Part shown: one piece after another, positions 1 to 18,812 of the stretch
How the letters are laid out: each line of letters opens with the position of its first letter
Numbering within the stretch: the first letter of the stretch is position 1
Assembly (NCBI GenBank): GCA_012295275.1
Contig: CM022665.1
Location: forward strand, 12,834,001 to 12,898,000
Reading direction: 5' to 3'
Length of the DNA: 64,000 nucleotides
Source of the DNA: Chrysomallon squamiferum
Taxonomy: Eukaryota > Animalia > Mollusca
The notes under the pieces: model-generated
The model's database searches: none
What the model was told of the DNA's origin: nothing
What the model saw: only the letters and a program-made list of their open reading frames with translations
Position numbers and translations under genes: made by a program

Positions 1-2554
1 TGACATGTAAATTTACAAAAAAAAAACTAAAACTTTACTCATAAGGTGAATAATGAAAAATTCATATATTTACATCCAATTTTATACCTTTACAAGAATT
101 AAATACGAATGTTGTTAGTAAGATATTGATATAATTGTATGCATAATACATAGTGTGATATTTACACTATATATTAATTTAAAATAAAAACATTTTCATT
201 ATATTGCTTATGAATTTTATTTATTTATTGAAAATAAACCATCCTAAGAATTGTATTTATCCATAACTACTTTCATGAGTTCACAGATGTTGAATGATTT
301 ATAAGCTGATTTTCAGTGACAGCAACTGAAACTTGACTCAGTCTAATTAGCCATGATTTTTAAGTTACTGTGATTTTGAAAAAAAGGTGTAGATTAGGGT
401 TAGATTGAAATTTCCTTTGGTTCGATTAGGATTCAGTGTAATAATTATTACTGTTCTTACATTGCACTTGTGTGTATATTCATGGTTGAAACCGGTTTTA
501 GCAGGAAACCTTTGGCATCATTTTTTCTTTTCCCATATTTTGCATTCAGAATAAAAGTTTATTTTCAAACAAATGAATGCCACATGTAGTGTGGCCTTTC
601 AAAACATTGACAAAAAAATAATATTAATAATTTCCCCTCCCATATCCAACATGTCATATCAAAAGAATGATATATTATTATTATTACTTAACTATTAATT
701 TTCACATTTAACGGAAATACCAGATATGGTAATATCTTTTTATAGTGGTTTCCCTTGCAGCAGTATATATTAATTATTACACTACATAATAATTATATTC
801 AGCTGATTGCATCTAAATGGCCCAGATGGTTTATGTATTATGTTCATTCATTAAAATTAGTTTCTGCATTTACAATATTAATAGAGATATTATAAAATCT
901 AGAATTTTGTAGCAGTTGACAAACGAGCAAATGGTTACAAAATCAGTCATAATTCCCATTTGCACTTATGAAGTGGCAGCAGCATGAATATAAACTAACT
1001 TTATACTTAATAATGTTTAAATAAAGATGAGTTAGAGGCCTGCTAAAAAGCTGCTCAGCTGGTAAATGTAACAGGTAGTTAACTAATATACAAAAGTCAG
1101 TTTGGGAAAAGTGATAAATATTTTGCTAATAAGAATTGTAAGTACAACAGCTGATAAAGATGAAGTTCATTCAGAATTAATTTTACATGCTGATTGATTT
1201 TAAAATGATTTCATGATCATGTTGCACAGTTTAGGTAGTACTGAAAAGTTGAATCCTGATTTAAATAACAATAATAAGAAGATATTAAACAATTTCATAT
1301 AGAAAAACCAGAAATTGAATGAAAATACTCCAAACACACAAACATACGAAATAAAAAAAAAAATAAAAAAAATACTAGTAATGGCAGTTTTAATAAACAC
1401 TTGCATAGTACAAATGAGTTTTATAGAATAAAAACATTAACACTGATATATATTTATAAGCTAAAACAAGCAAAAAATTGGAATAAAAATTAATATGTGT
1501 AGATTCATTGCAAGGGATTAATAGTTTTTAAAATACAAAATAGTGTACCTGTTCTGCTTGTTAACAAACTGTCTAGAAAATAAAGCAATAACAATTAAAA
1601 ACAGAAACAAAACAATAATAAACAACAACAGCAGCAGCAGCAATAACAACAATGAAACGACCATAAAAGAATTCTGTCTGAATATGCAAAATGGTACAAC
1701 AGTGTTTTCACGACAGGCCATTATAAATCAAATATCATTGTGAAGAATGCACAATGTATTTAAGCTGTTAAATATTTATAATTTGTGACTGACTTTCAAA
1801 CTTAACAATAAAATTTTATAACTTAACAACAATAACATTTTAAAATTTAACATTGGTATAAAAATAAAAATGCAACAATGTATCAACATTTTTTAAACTG
1901 GTATTCCAAGCATATTGGGGGAAAAAATTTTTTATGGAATTTATTACATGGCAATTCATTCAAGATCCATAAATTTTAAAGTATCTGATCAAATTTGTAT
2001 AATTCAAACAGGACACCTTTGGGTTTGACCTTTTATACAACAGAATAAAAAGTAGAATTCTGTGTCAACTAGTGGACATCTTGAAAAATGGCTGCCTTTT
2101 TGAAATTAAGAAGGGCAATATACAAATATATTATGATGATTATAGGCTATTGTTTACTCATATATTTTTCATCCTCACTAGTCCCACCTACATAATAATT
2201 CCACTATCACCACTCCATTACATGACTTTGTCCAGCATGATTATGTTTAGCATGTTGTATGTTATGAATATCCTGGAATTAGACATGATCTTGCATTTTA
2301 ATGTTAACTAGTATTATCTCTGAACTTCAAAAATATGAACCAAAAGTTGAAAAACATTTCTGAATTATTTAAAAAATAAAAAACCTAAAATTGAAGATTG
2401 TCACTGAACTGTAAAATTATGGACCTTAAATCATGAAAGTCACAACTAAAACGTTGGGTTAGAGATCTGAAAATGATGTCAATCTTGACAGCTATAAACA
2501 TATAAATAAATACCTCGGACTAATCAAAGTGTAAAATTTAACAGTACAAATCTG

Positions 2555-2912
2555 TTAGATAACTTCGGCTACTCTGTTAGTGGTGATGTTTGGTTTCTCA
2601 GGCTGAATGATGATAGCGTTTTTCAGAGAAGTCAGAATGTCTTCTGGAATGGGTTTCGAATGGTGAACTTTAACCCAGGGCGTCCCTGTATAAAGAGAAA
2701 TATTAGAAATTGTATACATTTTTTTATTATAAAGAGTTATGGAATGCAAAGTATCACACTGCATTTTCTTTTTAAGAGATAATGTTCATAAGATATATAT
2801 AATGGTATATAAACAGAAATGAATAATATTAAGTATGTATTTAAACAACAAAAAAAAACCTAATAGAAAATGAAAGACAGGACAAACAATAAAACATACA
2901 GAGAAGTGCACG

Positions 2913-2983
<71 letters not shown>

Positions 2984-3283
2984 GTAGAAAGGTGGATGGG
3001 GTAAGGATGTAGGTAGATAAATAGAGAGTGGAAGAAACATATTTTTGGGGATGTTCCTGCATTTTGGCTTACTCTCACAATGCAAGTTAAACATATATAT
3101 TAATCGAGTTTTACTAAATGTAAAATAATTTTACCCTCTGTTATTTTGTCACCAAGAGAAACCATTAACTCGAGACCCACGGCTAGATCAATTGGTTCCC
3201 CAGCTTTTGTTCTACCAGCACCCAGTTTCTGTACAATGATAGCACATGTCATTGAGTTCAGCTCAACCACATAGCCTATTCAG

Positions 3284-3321
<38 letters not shown>

Positions 3322-3324
3322 TTA

Positions 3325-3362
<38 letters not shown>

Positions 3363-6300
3363 TAATAAAGTTTTTATAAAAACAGAAAATATTATTATTA
3401 TTATTATTTTAAATAATAAAATTTTCTTTTTCCTACTTTGTATCTACATGTTAGATATAATCGGCTATTTTTAGAAATAAAATTTATTCCAGTATTAAAA
3501 ATCTGTTTATTTCTGTTTGGCTATAAACCTTTTAGAAACAGTATTATGCACATTTGTTTTTACTCCGATTTGTGGGTCGTAGTTATATGCGTAAGTCAAT
3601 AAGTAAGCAATACTAATAATAGTAACAATAATAATAATGAATAATGAATAAAGAAAGGAATATTCCTAAAATTTACTTTCTATTTCGAAATACCTGCCTG
3701 TTGTTTTGCAAATAACATCTGTCGTATGAGAAGCAGACGGCAAAACTGACAAAATGTCGAAATCGGGTTTACAGATGTTGTCGGCAATTTCCGTACTCAC
3801 GCCCTGACATTTCATCATAGCGCAGAATTTGGCCAAAGCGCTTCCGTCTTTTAGCGTTTCCCTTATCGCCTTGTTACCAGCATCAGCGTCAGCTGCTTTT
3901 CCAACTAAAGTCAAAACTTGACCTCCTAATAAAATATATATAATAAAATGCATTACACACAGAATTATGTCAACATCCAGGTCCAGAAATTATAATAAAT
4001 AGCAGTAGCAGTAGCAGTAGTAGTAGTAGCAGTATTAATAATGAACATATATCATCACCATCATCATCAACAAAAGCAAAAACAACAACAACAATAATAT
4101 ATTTTTTTTTTAAAAGGGGAAAAAAAAAGTATTTTGTTCAACGACATTTGGGGATTAATTGGAAAACAATTTGAGTCATCGCTTTTGAATATCTGACATT
4201 TGATACGTTTTATGCAGCGTCTTCTTTGAAGACATTCAAATTTCCAGGGCTCTTATAATGCATTTCACGGAGAAACAGGACAGCACTTACCATGTGTTTT
4301 GACGTAGGGCACGGTCGAAAGGAGCAAAATATGCTTTGCAACCTCTCGAGATCCGTTTCTTCCTGTTATATTAACCATTTGACTTACCCAAATCAGCAGT
4401 CAATGATATCAAATCTTCGGGTCCTTTGTTTTGTAGACAGTGTACAGATTCCACGATCTCAAGGGAATGACCTACCATTCGGCCCAAAGGGGTGTTCATG
4501 TCTGTGAGTAATGCTGTTGTCTTTATTCCCAGACTGTTGCTCGAAGCAACCTATAAATGTTTACAAAATAAACAAAACAACAAAACAAATAAAAAATCCA
4601 TTAGTTTATAATATTAACTATAACTGTAGAGTAATAGTAGTAGTAGTTGTAGCAGAAGCAGCAGTAGTAGTAACGATGATGATGATAACAATAACAACAG
4701 AAACAACAGCAATAATAATAATAATATCAACAAAAAAGACACCCTCCAACACAAAACAACCACCACAAAAAATAACAACATACAACAACAGCAACAATTT
4801 TTAACAGATGAATAGCAATTTCATTCTGTCAGAACGAAATCTTACTAAAACTGTGCAAACTCAGTGTACATACCATACGTTTAGCCAGCTCCCTGGCTTT
4901 ATTTTTGTCCGACATAATTGCTGCATTACCAAACTTGACGTCAAGAACTAAAGCGTCCAAATTTTCTGCAGCTTTTTTCGAGACAATAGAACCTGTTTTA
5001 AGATAAATAAATAAATATAATAGAACCTGTTTAAAGATAAATAAATGAAAATAAAAGAAATAAGTACGGTAATACAATTCTACGCATTTCAGTATCATTA
5101 ACACTAACTATAAAAAGCGTATCACAAAAAATATAGAAAAACTTACAGTTAGAAACATTAGCATAAAAAATACAAATTCTTTACCTATCTTACCTGTAAT
5201 TAGCCCTATGTGGCTCACAGTTGCTGTGACGTCACGAATGGCATATAATGTTTTGTCAGCTGGACACAGTGTCTTGGTCTGTCCCACAATGCAACATCCA
5301 ACAGTTCTGATTATCTCCATCATTTGCTCTGTGGTGACAGACACTTTGTATCCTGGGATAGATTCCAGCTTGTCCAGAGTCCCGCCAGTGTGTTCCAAAC
5401 CTCTCCCAGAAATCATTGGTACCTGTGTTTACGTGTTAAGTGTATAAACATTGTGTACTTTTGTAATAAACAGTGGACCAGTAGTCCTTATTGCCTTCAT
5501 GGGACTGTTTCTCGTTCCAGAATATACGCCAGAGCAGTTTTGTCAAAAATACCATATATGCTTTTCTATCTATTGTAGGTATTTGTGACAAATTATATTT
5601 TAAAAATGGACAACGGGGTTTCGTTTTTTCGGTAAGTGTCTTTATAAAAATAATATATTTATATAAATCATATAAAATCATATATATACCAGTAATCATT
5701 TCTTTATGACTCATTTCTCGTATATGTTAACAAAAAGGTAATTGTGTGTGTGTGTGTGTGTGTGTTTTAATATTATTCAATGCAGATGTTTTAGTTAAGT
5801 AAAACTAGCTGTTTTTGTTAGTATCAGTTTTGATGTAGATTACATAACGACTAGTTACGTCTAAAAATATTTAAAGTTCGTTTTTATAATGTATTTGAAG
5901 TTAATATTAAAGAAATTAAATAATTTGTTTTCATTTTTATTTTCTCTAGTGAACGAAAATACTGTCCAGTGACGTTACCTTCAAGTCACAGGCGGCCAAG
6001 GCCGGTGCAAGAATTAAACTGACTTTGTCACCCACGCCTCCTGTGCTGTGTTTGTCGACCATCTTTCCTTTCCACTCCTTTGGCCACTCAAGCGTATCTC
6101 CCGAGTTCATCATGGCGCCAGTCAGATAGGTGGTCTCGTCGACAGAAAGATCGTTTAAATATATGGCCATCAGCATAGCTCCTGCAACAGAACATCATTT
6201 TAAAGTGTGCAGCAGCAGCAGCAGCGTGTTGACATTTTCGTCAGCGTCGACGTAACAGAATAAAATGGTTGTGAAGACAGCTACATTATTATGATCAATC

Positions 6301-6453
6301 AGTAATGTAAAATAATTCCACCATTTTATTATTCATGAAACCTGAACAATGAATATATATTTTAAAATGTTGTAATGGAAATGTTTTAAAGTAAGATTTA
6401 ATTGTATATATATATATATATATGCCCTAAATACATATACATATATATGTATG

Positions 6454-6544
<91 letters not shown>

Positions 6545-7697
6545 GTATATTGTGGTATCTTGCCTATCGTGGTACTTTGCTCTAAATAAAAACCATAGGT
6601 CGTTTTGAGATCTCTCTGGCTTGTATGTTTGCACCAGATGTTTTGATAATCCTTGAAGAACAATAGGGATGTAGGTTGACATATGTCAGTAGTTATATGT
6701 CAATGAAATATCCACACAGCAAAACAATAGCCACCTGTCTAACCTTTAGGACGTGAAGGGGAATAAAATAAATATTTATTAAACTGCATGCGAAATATTG
6801 TCGTAGCTATATGGTTCCTTTATTATTATTGTTGTTGTTGTTGTTGTTGTTGTTATTATTACAGTGATCTTCATCATTGTCATTATCATCATCATTATTA
6901 TTATTATCAGTATTATCATTATTATAATCATTGTTATTATTTATTTTATTATTATTATGAAAATCATCATTGTCATCATCATCATCATCATCATTTTTAT
7001 TATCATTATTTTTAGAAACTGAATTTACTTCTGTTCTAACACGAGGCATGGTAGATAAGAGGGTTAACCCTTTTCTGAATCCCTCTTGAGTTTATATTTT
7101 CTCCTTCCTCTAGTGCCGCATTATTGGTTTATCAAAGTCATGGTATGTACTTATATGTCTCTGCGAAGAATAATACAAAAGATCCCATTTTATACCAAAA
7201 AAAAAAAAAAAAAAAAAAAAAAAAGACTAGCCATTTCCGGTAGCGGGTTTCCTTTCTAATTAATTAATTGGTCTTTAATCATGTATAATGAATACATGTA
7301 CATTACATATTTGTTGACCGTATCGTTACATATTATCTTCCTGTTTTTCATTTACTGACAATTCTGAATCATCCATTTACCAGGTTTGTTTTATGAATTT
7401 AGAATTAGAATATTTTGTAATATACAAAGCAGAAAATGAATGAATGAATGAATTAATAAATGAAAAAACAAGTTCATTTCAAGAATTTCGATTTATGAGA
7501 ATTGCAGACTAAAGAAAAAAATATATATAGTAAGCAAATAATAAATAAATAAATAAATAAAAACCTAGAATTTTAAAATCGTAACACTGTTTAAAGGTTT
7601 TAGTAGGAGTAAAAACTTGGTCACGTAAATATGTCAGATATGTGAAATTTTTCATATTTAACAAAGATAAAAAAAAAAAAAGCAACACCAAATCAGT

Positions 7698-7777
<80 letters not shown>

Positions 7778-7938
7778 ACAATAATACAATATCTCGGGCT
7801 ACACGAGATTTAAAACTTACCAATCTGACAACCTTGAACGTCTCCAGATGTCACCATTTCAACAAAACTTTCGATTTCTTCTTTCGTGAGCTCCTTTCCA
7901 TTTCGCTTTTTAGCGATAAGATTTACAATCTGTGACAT
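2555..7938 (-). CDS. TYMP: Thymidine phosphorylase, tandem copy 1 (8 coding exons, 443 aa)
   Basis: Exons in transcript order: 7821-7938, 5979-6181, 5194-5422, 4874-4992, 4388-4550, 3698-3925, 3135-3275, 2555-2685; total 1332 nt with consistent phases. All introns are GT-AG except intron 6, which needs a GC donor. Motifs: [90 protein letters not shown]. Confidence 0.95.
2918..2980. repeat. (GA)n microsatellite in TYMP copy 1 intron 7
   Basis: Direct reading. A paralogous (GA)n lies in copy 2 intron 7 at ~9525-9600. Confidence 0.95.
6405..6540. repeat. Compound (TA)n-(GA)n microsatellite
   Basis: Direct reading. Confidence 0.95.
7050..7345 (+). mobile_element. Degenerate SINE-like interspersed repeat (related relics at ~4130-4330 reversed, ~22150-22375, ~30880-31000 reversed)
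   Basis: The blocks ggtttatcaaagtcatggtatg / aaaagatccc / agcgggtttcct / cgttacatattatcttcc echo similar decayed blocks elsewhere in the window. They resemble, from memory, an abundant gastropod SINE-like repeat. The family assignment is unverified. Confidence 0.45.
7699..7775. repeat. (CT)n microsatellite
   Basis: Direct reading. Confidence 0.95.
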
Positions 7939-8759
7939 GCTATTTTAACGTTTTTTCTCAATATATGTATAAAAAAAAATATCGCTCAGTTTTTTGTTGT
8001 TTTTTTCAGTTCCCTGCCAGCAGTATTTACGTCATCTCACACTTGGTTGTAAAGTAGCAGGCCCTATGCGTCATAACCTATTACATATGGAGTTTTCTAC
8101 ATGTGGGTCAAAGAATGGAGAACGAGAATGTGTATATGTTGTACGGGAGAATCAATACACGTGATAGCAGCTGTTTGATATTATATCTGTAGTTAAGATA
8201 ATGATATTTTTTTATTCTGCCAGGTACCGGGTTCTAATCCAGGTAATAATTTCTACAAAACTAATTTCTCACACATTACTGTATTTGATTGTGTGTGTGT
8301 GTGAGTATGTGTGTGTGTGTAAACACACAAACACACATACACACAAAGATATATAAGAATAATTATGTCCAGACAGACACCAAAATAATCTATAATATGT
8401 ACTGTGTAAATATGAAAGAGTAACAGTATAAACACAATACAAATCTAAATAACTTTATAGTTCCGTAGAATTATCACGAACCTAGAACAAATTGCAACAG
8501 AATTTATGTAAATCAGGACATTTTCGGTGGCTACATTTTGTGGCTACAAATATTCAGAGTTACACCTTCCTAAACAGAAACATTCATGGCCGAACGATTT
8601 TTGGCATATTTCTACTTGGCTATTGACAATGCGCAAAATTAACCGTCTCCTGAATAAATGTATATAAAACAGTAATACATTATTTTTCTTACTTTCAGAT
8701 GACTTTATTATGTATTAAAAGAAGTTATAAAAAGATTACACACTGCAAAGGGACTTTAT

Positions 8760-8877
8760 GATGATCCTGTATAAATACTCTGGTTAATTGTAAAATAAAA
8801 GTATAATATTAAAATACATGTACTGTATGTTTGTGCAGGTGGGTATGAATGTTATAGGAGTTCCTGTGTGAATGTTT
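8760..8877 (+). repeat. ~120-bp dispersed duplicate of 14331-14449
   Basis: gatgatcctgtataaatactctggt...tgtactgtatgtttgtgcaggtg..atgaatgttataggagt.cctgtgtgaatgttt is present at both loci in the same orientation. Confidence 0.85.
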
Positions 8878-9309
8878 ACACGTGAATCAATACACGTGTA
8901 TATATGTATGTATATTTATATTTATTATGTATGTATGTATGTATGTATGTATGTATGTATGTATGTATGAATGTATGTACATACTATGGATGTGTTACAG
9001 ATAATAACACTGAAAGATACATATTTGAATTAATATAAACAACTGTACTTAAATGCACTATAAATCTATGAGAATATAAGCAAAAGCATCCTTTTAAAGG
9101 AGTTTAAAAAATTCATAAAAATGAAAATATATGTGAAAACTCTCGTATAAAACACGAAAGAGTTTTAAAATTGATGCACACTCATGATTATACGAATATT
9201 TTCTCTCTCCATTATGAAAATAATTTTTAACTGTCAAAAATAACTGTCTCGGAATCTTTGGTTAGTCTTTATTAATAACACACTATGTTTTCTTGATGCC
9301 GTAGAGTAT

Positions 9310-14938
<5,629 letters not shown>

Positions 14939-16119
14939 TTTTCTGTTTCGGTTTCTTCTGAATTTTCTCGAAAAATGCGAGAACAAATTAAGAACACGAA
15001 AACGGGACTTTTGTGAAGTTCAAAGATCAAAGTTGGAGTGAAATATGCAAATGGTTGCAGATATGTAGAAAAGCGATTGGTTAATGCATTAGGTCATTAT
15101 GACATAGGAATAAATAAGGAACTAAAAACTTGTACTTTTATGGTCTAATTTACATTTCAAAATGTATGACATTGCGTGCCCGAGATATTCAGATTGAAAA
15201 CTAATAGATGAGATTTAATCAGATATGTTTAAAACAAAAAAAGATAGAAAAAGAAAACAAAAGAAGAAGAAATTTTCCCACTGTTTACTTACGGCGGCTT
15301 ATGCAACGTATGCACCTTACGTAATATAAATACGTAGAAAATGTAACTGTTGTTAAATTTATTACGATAAAAAACTAGGTAATTATGTTAAATAATAATA
15401 AAAACAATACGTACTAAAATATTTTAAAACAAAAGAAGGTTAATAAATAATACGAATAAAAATATCAGCGACTCTTTATGCAGTTCTTTAAACTAATGAT
15501 CATGTGACAAATTTATTCCTTTATCAATTGTCCGACGCCAACACTTTTGTTTATTATTGGTGCTTTTATTATTTAGTATTAAAAGTAATAGACAGCATGA
15601 ACAATATATAAATAGTAAACCATATGAAACACTTGTTAAACAACTCGGGAGAATTATTATTGGTTACAGATTAGGGAGAATATTTTTCTAGTTGATAAAG
15701 AGGTCAAGGTTGGTGTGCTGGCAGTTCATGCTCAACTGCAGGTTTCTCTGCTCATCTATTGCTACGCTCTGTAAACTTTTCAAAACTTGTTACATGTTAT
15801 TTTCTATCTATTAGGTCATCAGTTTAAAAATCGCTTGTAGGAGCAGCTAATAGATATAGTTACAATTTTACAAATCATTAACAAAAATACCGTCCACAAA
15901 AGTTGTTAAAGACTGAGTCGCAAAACGAGATCGCTCAACATTCTCGTTAGTTAAGTCTGTGAAGACTTATTTCGCCTTTTAAAACGTTTATAAAATTTAC
16001 AACAAAACGTAGAATCATGTAGGAACTATAAAACAAGATCTGAATGGAACTGAAAGGATTCCATCACATTTCGTCGTCCAAAGGTATTTTTTCGAGTTTC
16101 TTTCAGATGGTTACGCAAT

Positions 16120-17127
16120 TAAGGCAATTAAGGTATGGCCCTGCTTCGTAGTACGTAAAGCTTGGAAGACAAGATTTTAATAATTCCCGAACTACAGCAC
16201 TAAAGATCGGTGTTGAGTAAGCAATCTCATGGAAGGTTTTGCGTCTGATGGAAAAACTGTAGCACAAGCCGCATAATTCCTATGCCATGATCCATCTGTA
16301 TAAACAGGAATGTAATCACGGTACTTGTGATTTTCCATGTAAAATTAGTTATAAACAACAGCATCTGTACGATCTTTCTTCAGAAGCGCAAGATCAAACA
16401 CAACCTGAGGTGGTGTAATACACGAAGGTGATAAAACGAAATATAAAGGAATTTCCAAAATGTTAGTTAAATCAGTTGTGGAAAGTGAGAAAAAGCACTT
16501 AATGCGAAGACCTAATATACGAATAGCATTTGGTTTTGCATCAAACAACTTCATATATTTATTGTCAAACGTAACGTTATGTATAGTATGTGTTTGTAAA
16601 GATTTGATCTTGGTAGCCTATTGCAGAGAAAGCTTTGCACGTCTAGCACCCAAACAAAGTTCGCGTATATCAGCGTATAAGCTCCCTGGTTGTGTAAAGG
16701 ATATAGCACAGGGGTGGGCAATTATTATTTCCATGGGGCCACGTGAGAAACAGAAAATTTTGTGGAGGGCCGAGCCAAAAGGCTTAACTCAATTCTGCAT
16801 AATATTAATTATATTTCTTTATAAAAAAAAAAACCCTGCAAATAGCATTGTTCTAACAAGCTGGTAAGACTGTAAAGAGTATCTGTTACGATTAAACAAT
16901 GAAAAAGTGAGGTTGCCTTACCAAAAAATGTCTCAAAACAATGGTAAACAGTTAACCTTACACGGGCCGGTCAGAGTCAACCGAAGGGCCGTATGTGTCC
17001 CGGGGGCCGTAAAATGCCCAGGTCTGGTCTACCATCTGCAAGAAAGATTTGCATACGAATTCAAACACAATGCATCCATAATCAAGTGTAGACCTCACTA
17101 GAGATCTATATAGATAGAGCATAACTG
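16120..17127 (-). mobile_element. Decayed non-LTR retrotransposon fragment (I-group-like; RT C-terminus plus RNase H)
   Basis: Minus-strand remnants read MLYLYRSLVRSTLDYGCIV (RT C-terminus, ~17030-17127), RAKLSLQ*ATKIKSL...FDNKYMKLFDAKPNAIRILGLRIK, and YRDYIPVYTDGSW...ACATVFP (RNase H YTDGS motif, ~16240-16330). Contains stops and frameshifts. Confidence 0.85.
16709..17026. mobile_element. hAT (Charlie-like) MITE nested in the LINE fragment
   Basis: Imperfect TIRs: CAGGGGTGGGCAATT versus the reverse-complemented right end CAGACCTGGGCATTT. Subterminal GGGCCG repeats. Degenerate 8-bp TSD atatagca (16701-16708) / gtctacca (17027-17034). LINE sequence resumes on both sides. Confidence 0.8.
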
Positions 17128-17780
17128 TTTGAAATGAAGATTTCGAAATTCAGAAATTATATTTGACATATAATGTAGGAAAGGACGCAAAGGACGAAAA
17201 TGACAACAAAAAATTATTAGTAAAAACAAACAAACAAACAAATAGGTAAATAAATAAATAAATGTAAATTAAAATAATTGGAGAGAAAAGGATTCATGAA
17301 GATGGAATTAAATTGTAACTCAGTCATTAGTCAATACTTTTATTAGAAAAATAAAAGTAAAATAAATAGATAGATAAAAAAATAGTACTAAATGAAAGAA
17401 GGAAATAGAGAATAAAAATGAATAACCATATTTAATGAATAAATACATTTAAAAAAATAATACAGTAACAAAATATCTATACCAACTGTCAAATAAATCA
17501 AATAATTATTTTGAAACTGTAATTTAAAAAATTGCTTAATTTAAAATGCATACATATAGGATATTAATATATACTACTGAAAGAACACATTTATTATTTT
17601 TTTATTTTTTTATATTTAACATATTTGGATGGATAATGCGGAAATAAGCTATCCAGTGAGTTACATAAAATTGTGTGTTGTACTCAGGGGTAATTCTGCG
17701 ATTACTAAAGTTTTTTTCTTATTAAATTATTATTTGTAATATTAGTGTTGTTGCTGCTTCTGCTATTGTTACGTTTTAGG

Positions 17781-18742
17781 TCATCTTGCAAAGTTCGTTT
17801 TAAAAGTGTTCGTCTGTAGCATCAGTTGTATAAAATCTTCCTTCCGGATTTCGCCATTTCCGGTTTTGTCTGCTTCCTGTATCATTTCACGAATTGCACG
17901 ATTGGATAAACCAACGCCTAGACGATCAGAAGTCTCACGAATGTCTTCGAAAGTCAAAAATCCTTTGTTTGTTGTGTCTAACAAACGGAAACCCTGAAAA
18001 ATTTAGGACACATACATCCATACGTATTAATTAATTCACTCATCATTAATGAATTTTATAAAACATTTACGTCAGGAAATATTCATCTTTTCATATTATA
18101 TTCATCTTTTATTTGGATTTAACTACATAATACAATCATCTTTGGAAAATTCCTGAACCCCCCCCCTAAAAAAAAAAACATGTTCATAAATACGTTATAG
18201 TTCAGTAAAAATCACAAAAATGTAAACATTTCAGAGAAAATATTATAGTTTATAAAAGTTTTATGATATTCACTATACTGTACTTAAAAACACTAGCCAA
18301 GGGGGAAAAAAAATCAATCCAAATCCCCAACAACAATAAAATACTGCTAACAGTCACTATGAAATGGCGTCGCAACTGAAATTATGAAGAGGTAAAATGG
18401 CGGCAAGCAAATGTTTTGTTACAGTATTATTTTACTCCCATACTTTGTTATCAGCGATAATCAGTTTCCCCAAAACAATAACATATTAACCTGAACGTAT
18501 AAATATTAATTAGACCACAAGTATTCTTTAATGAGAAAGCGAAAGCTGATAATGAGAAAGAAAAACAAAACCTAAAACAGCCAAACCTGTAGAATCTCGT
18601 CGTATGGGTCAGGGCCGTCTCCTTGACTTCGAACAATGAAATCCAGAAAATTAACAAAAGTCACTCGACCTTTTGAATCTTTAGCGAGTTCAGCTGAAAA
18701 GTAGTGAATTTTTTTTTTTTTTTAAATGCAATAACGATTAAA

Positions 18743-18812
<70 letters not shown>

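Noticed and set aside
1-2500. Coding gene or 3' end of a plus-strand neighbour
   Set aside because: AT-rich, UTR-like sequence with no convincing exon; it cannot be supported from sequence alone.
5208-5578. Plus-strand ORFs duplicated at 11951-12459
   Set aside because: They are antisense shadows of TYMP exon 3; their similarity just reflects exon identity.
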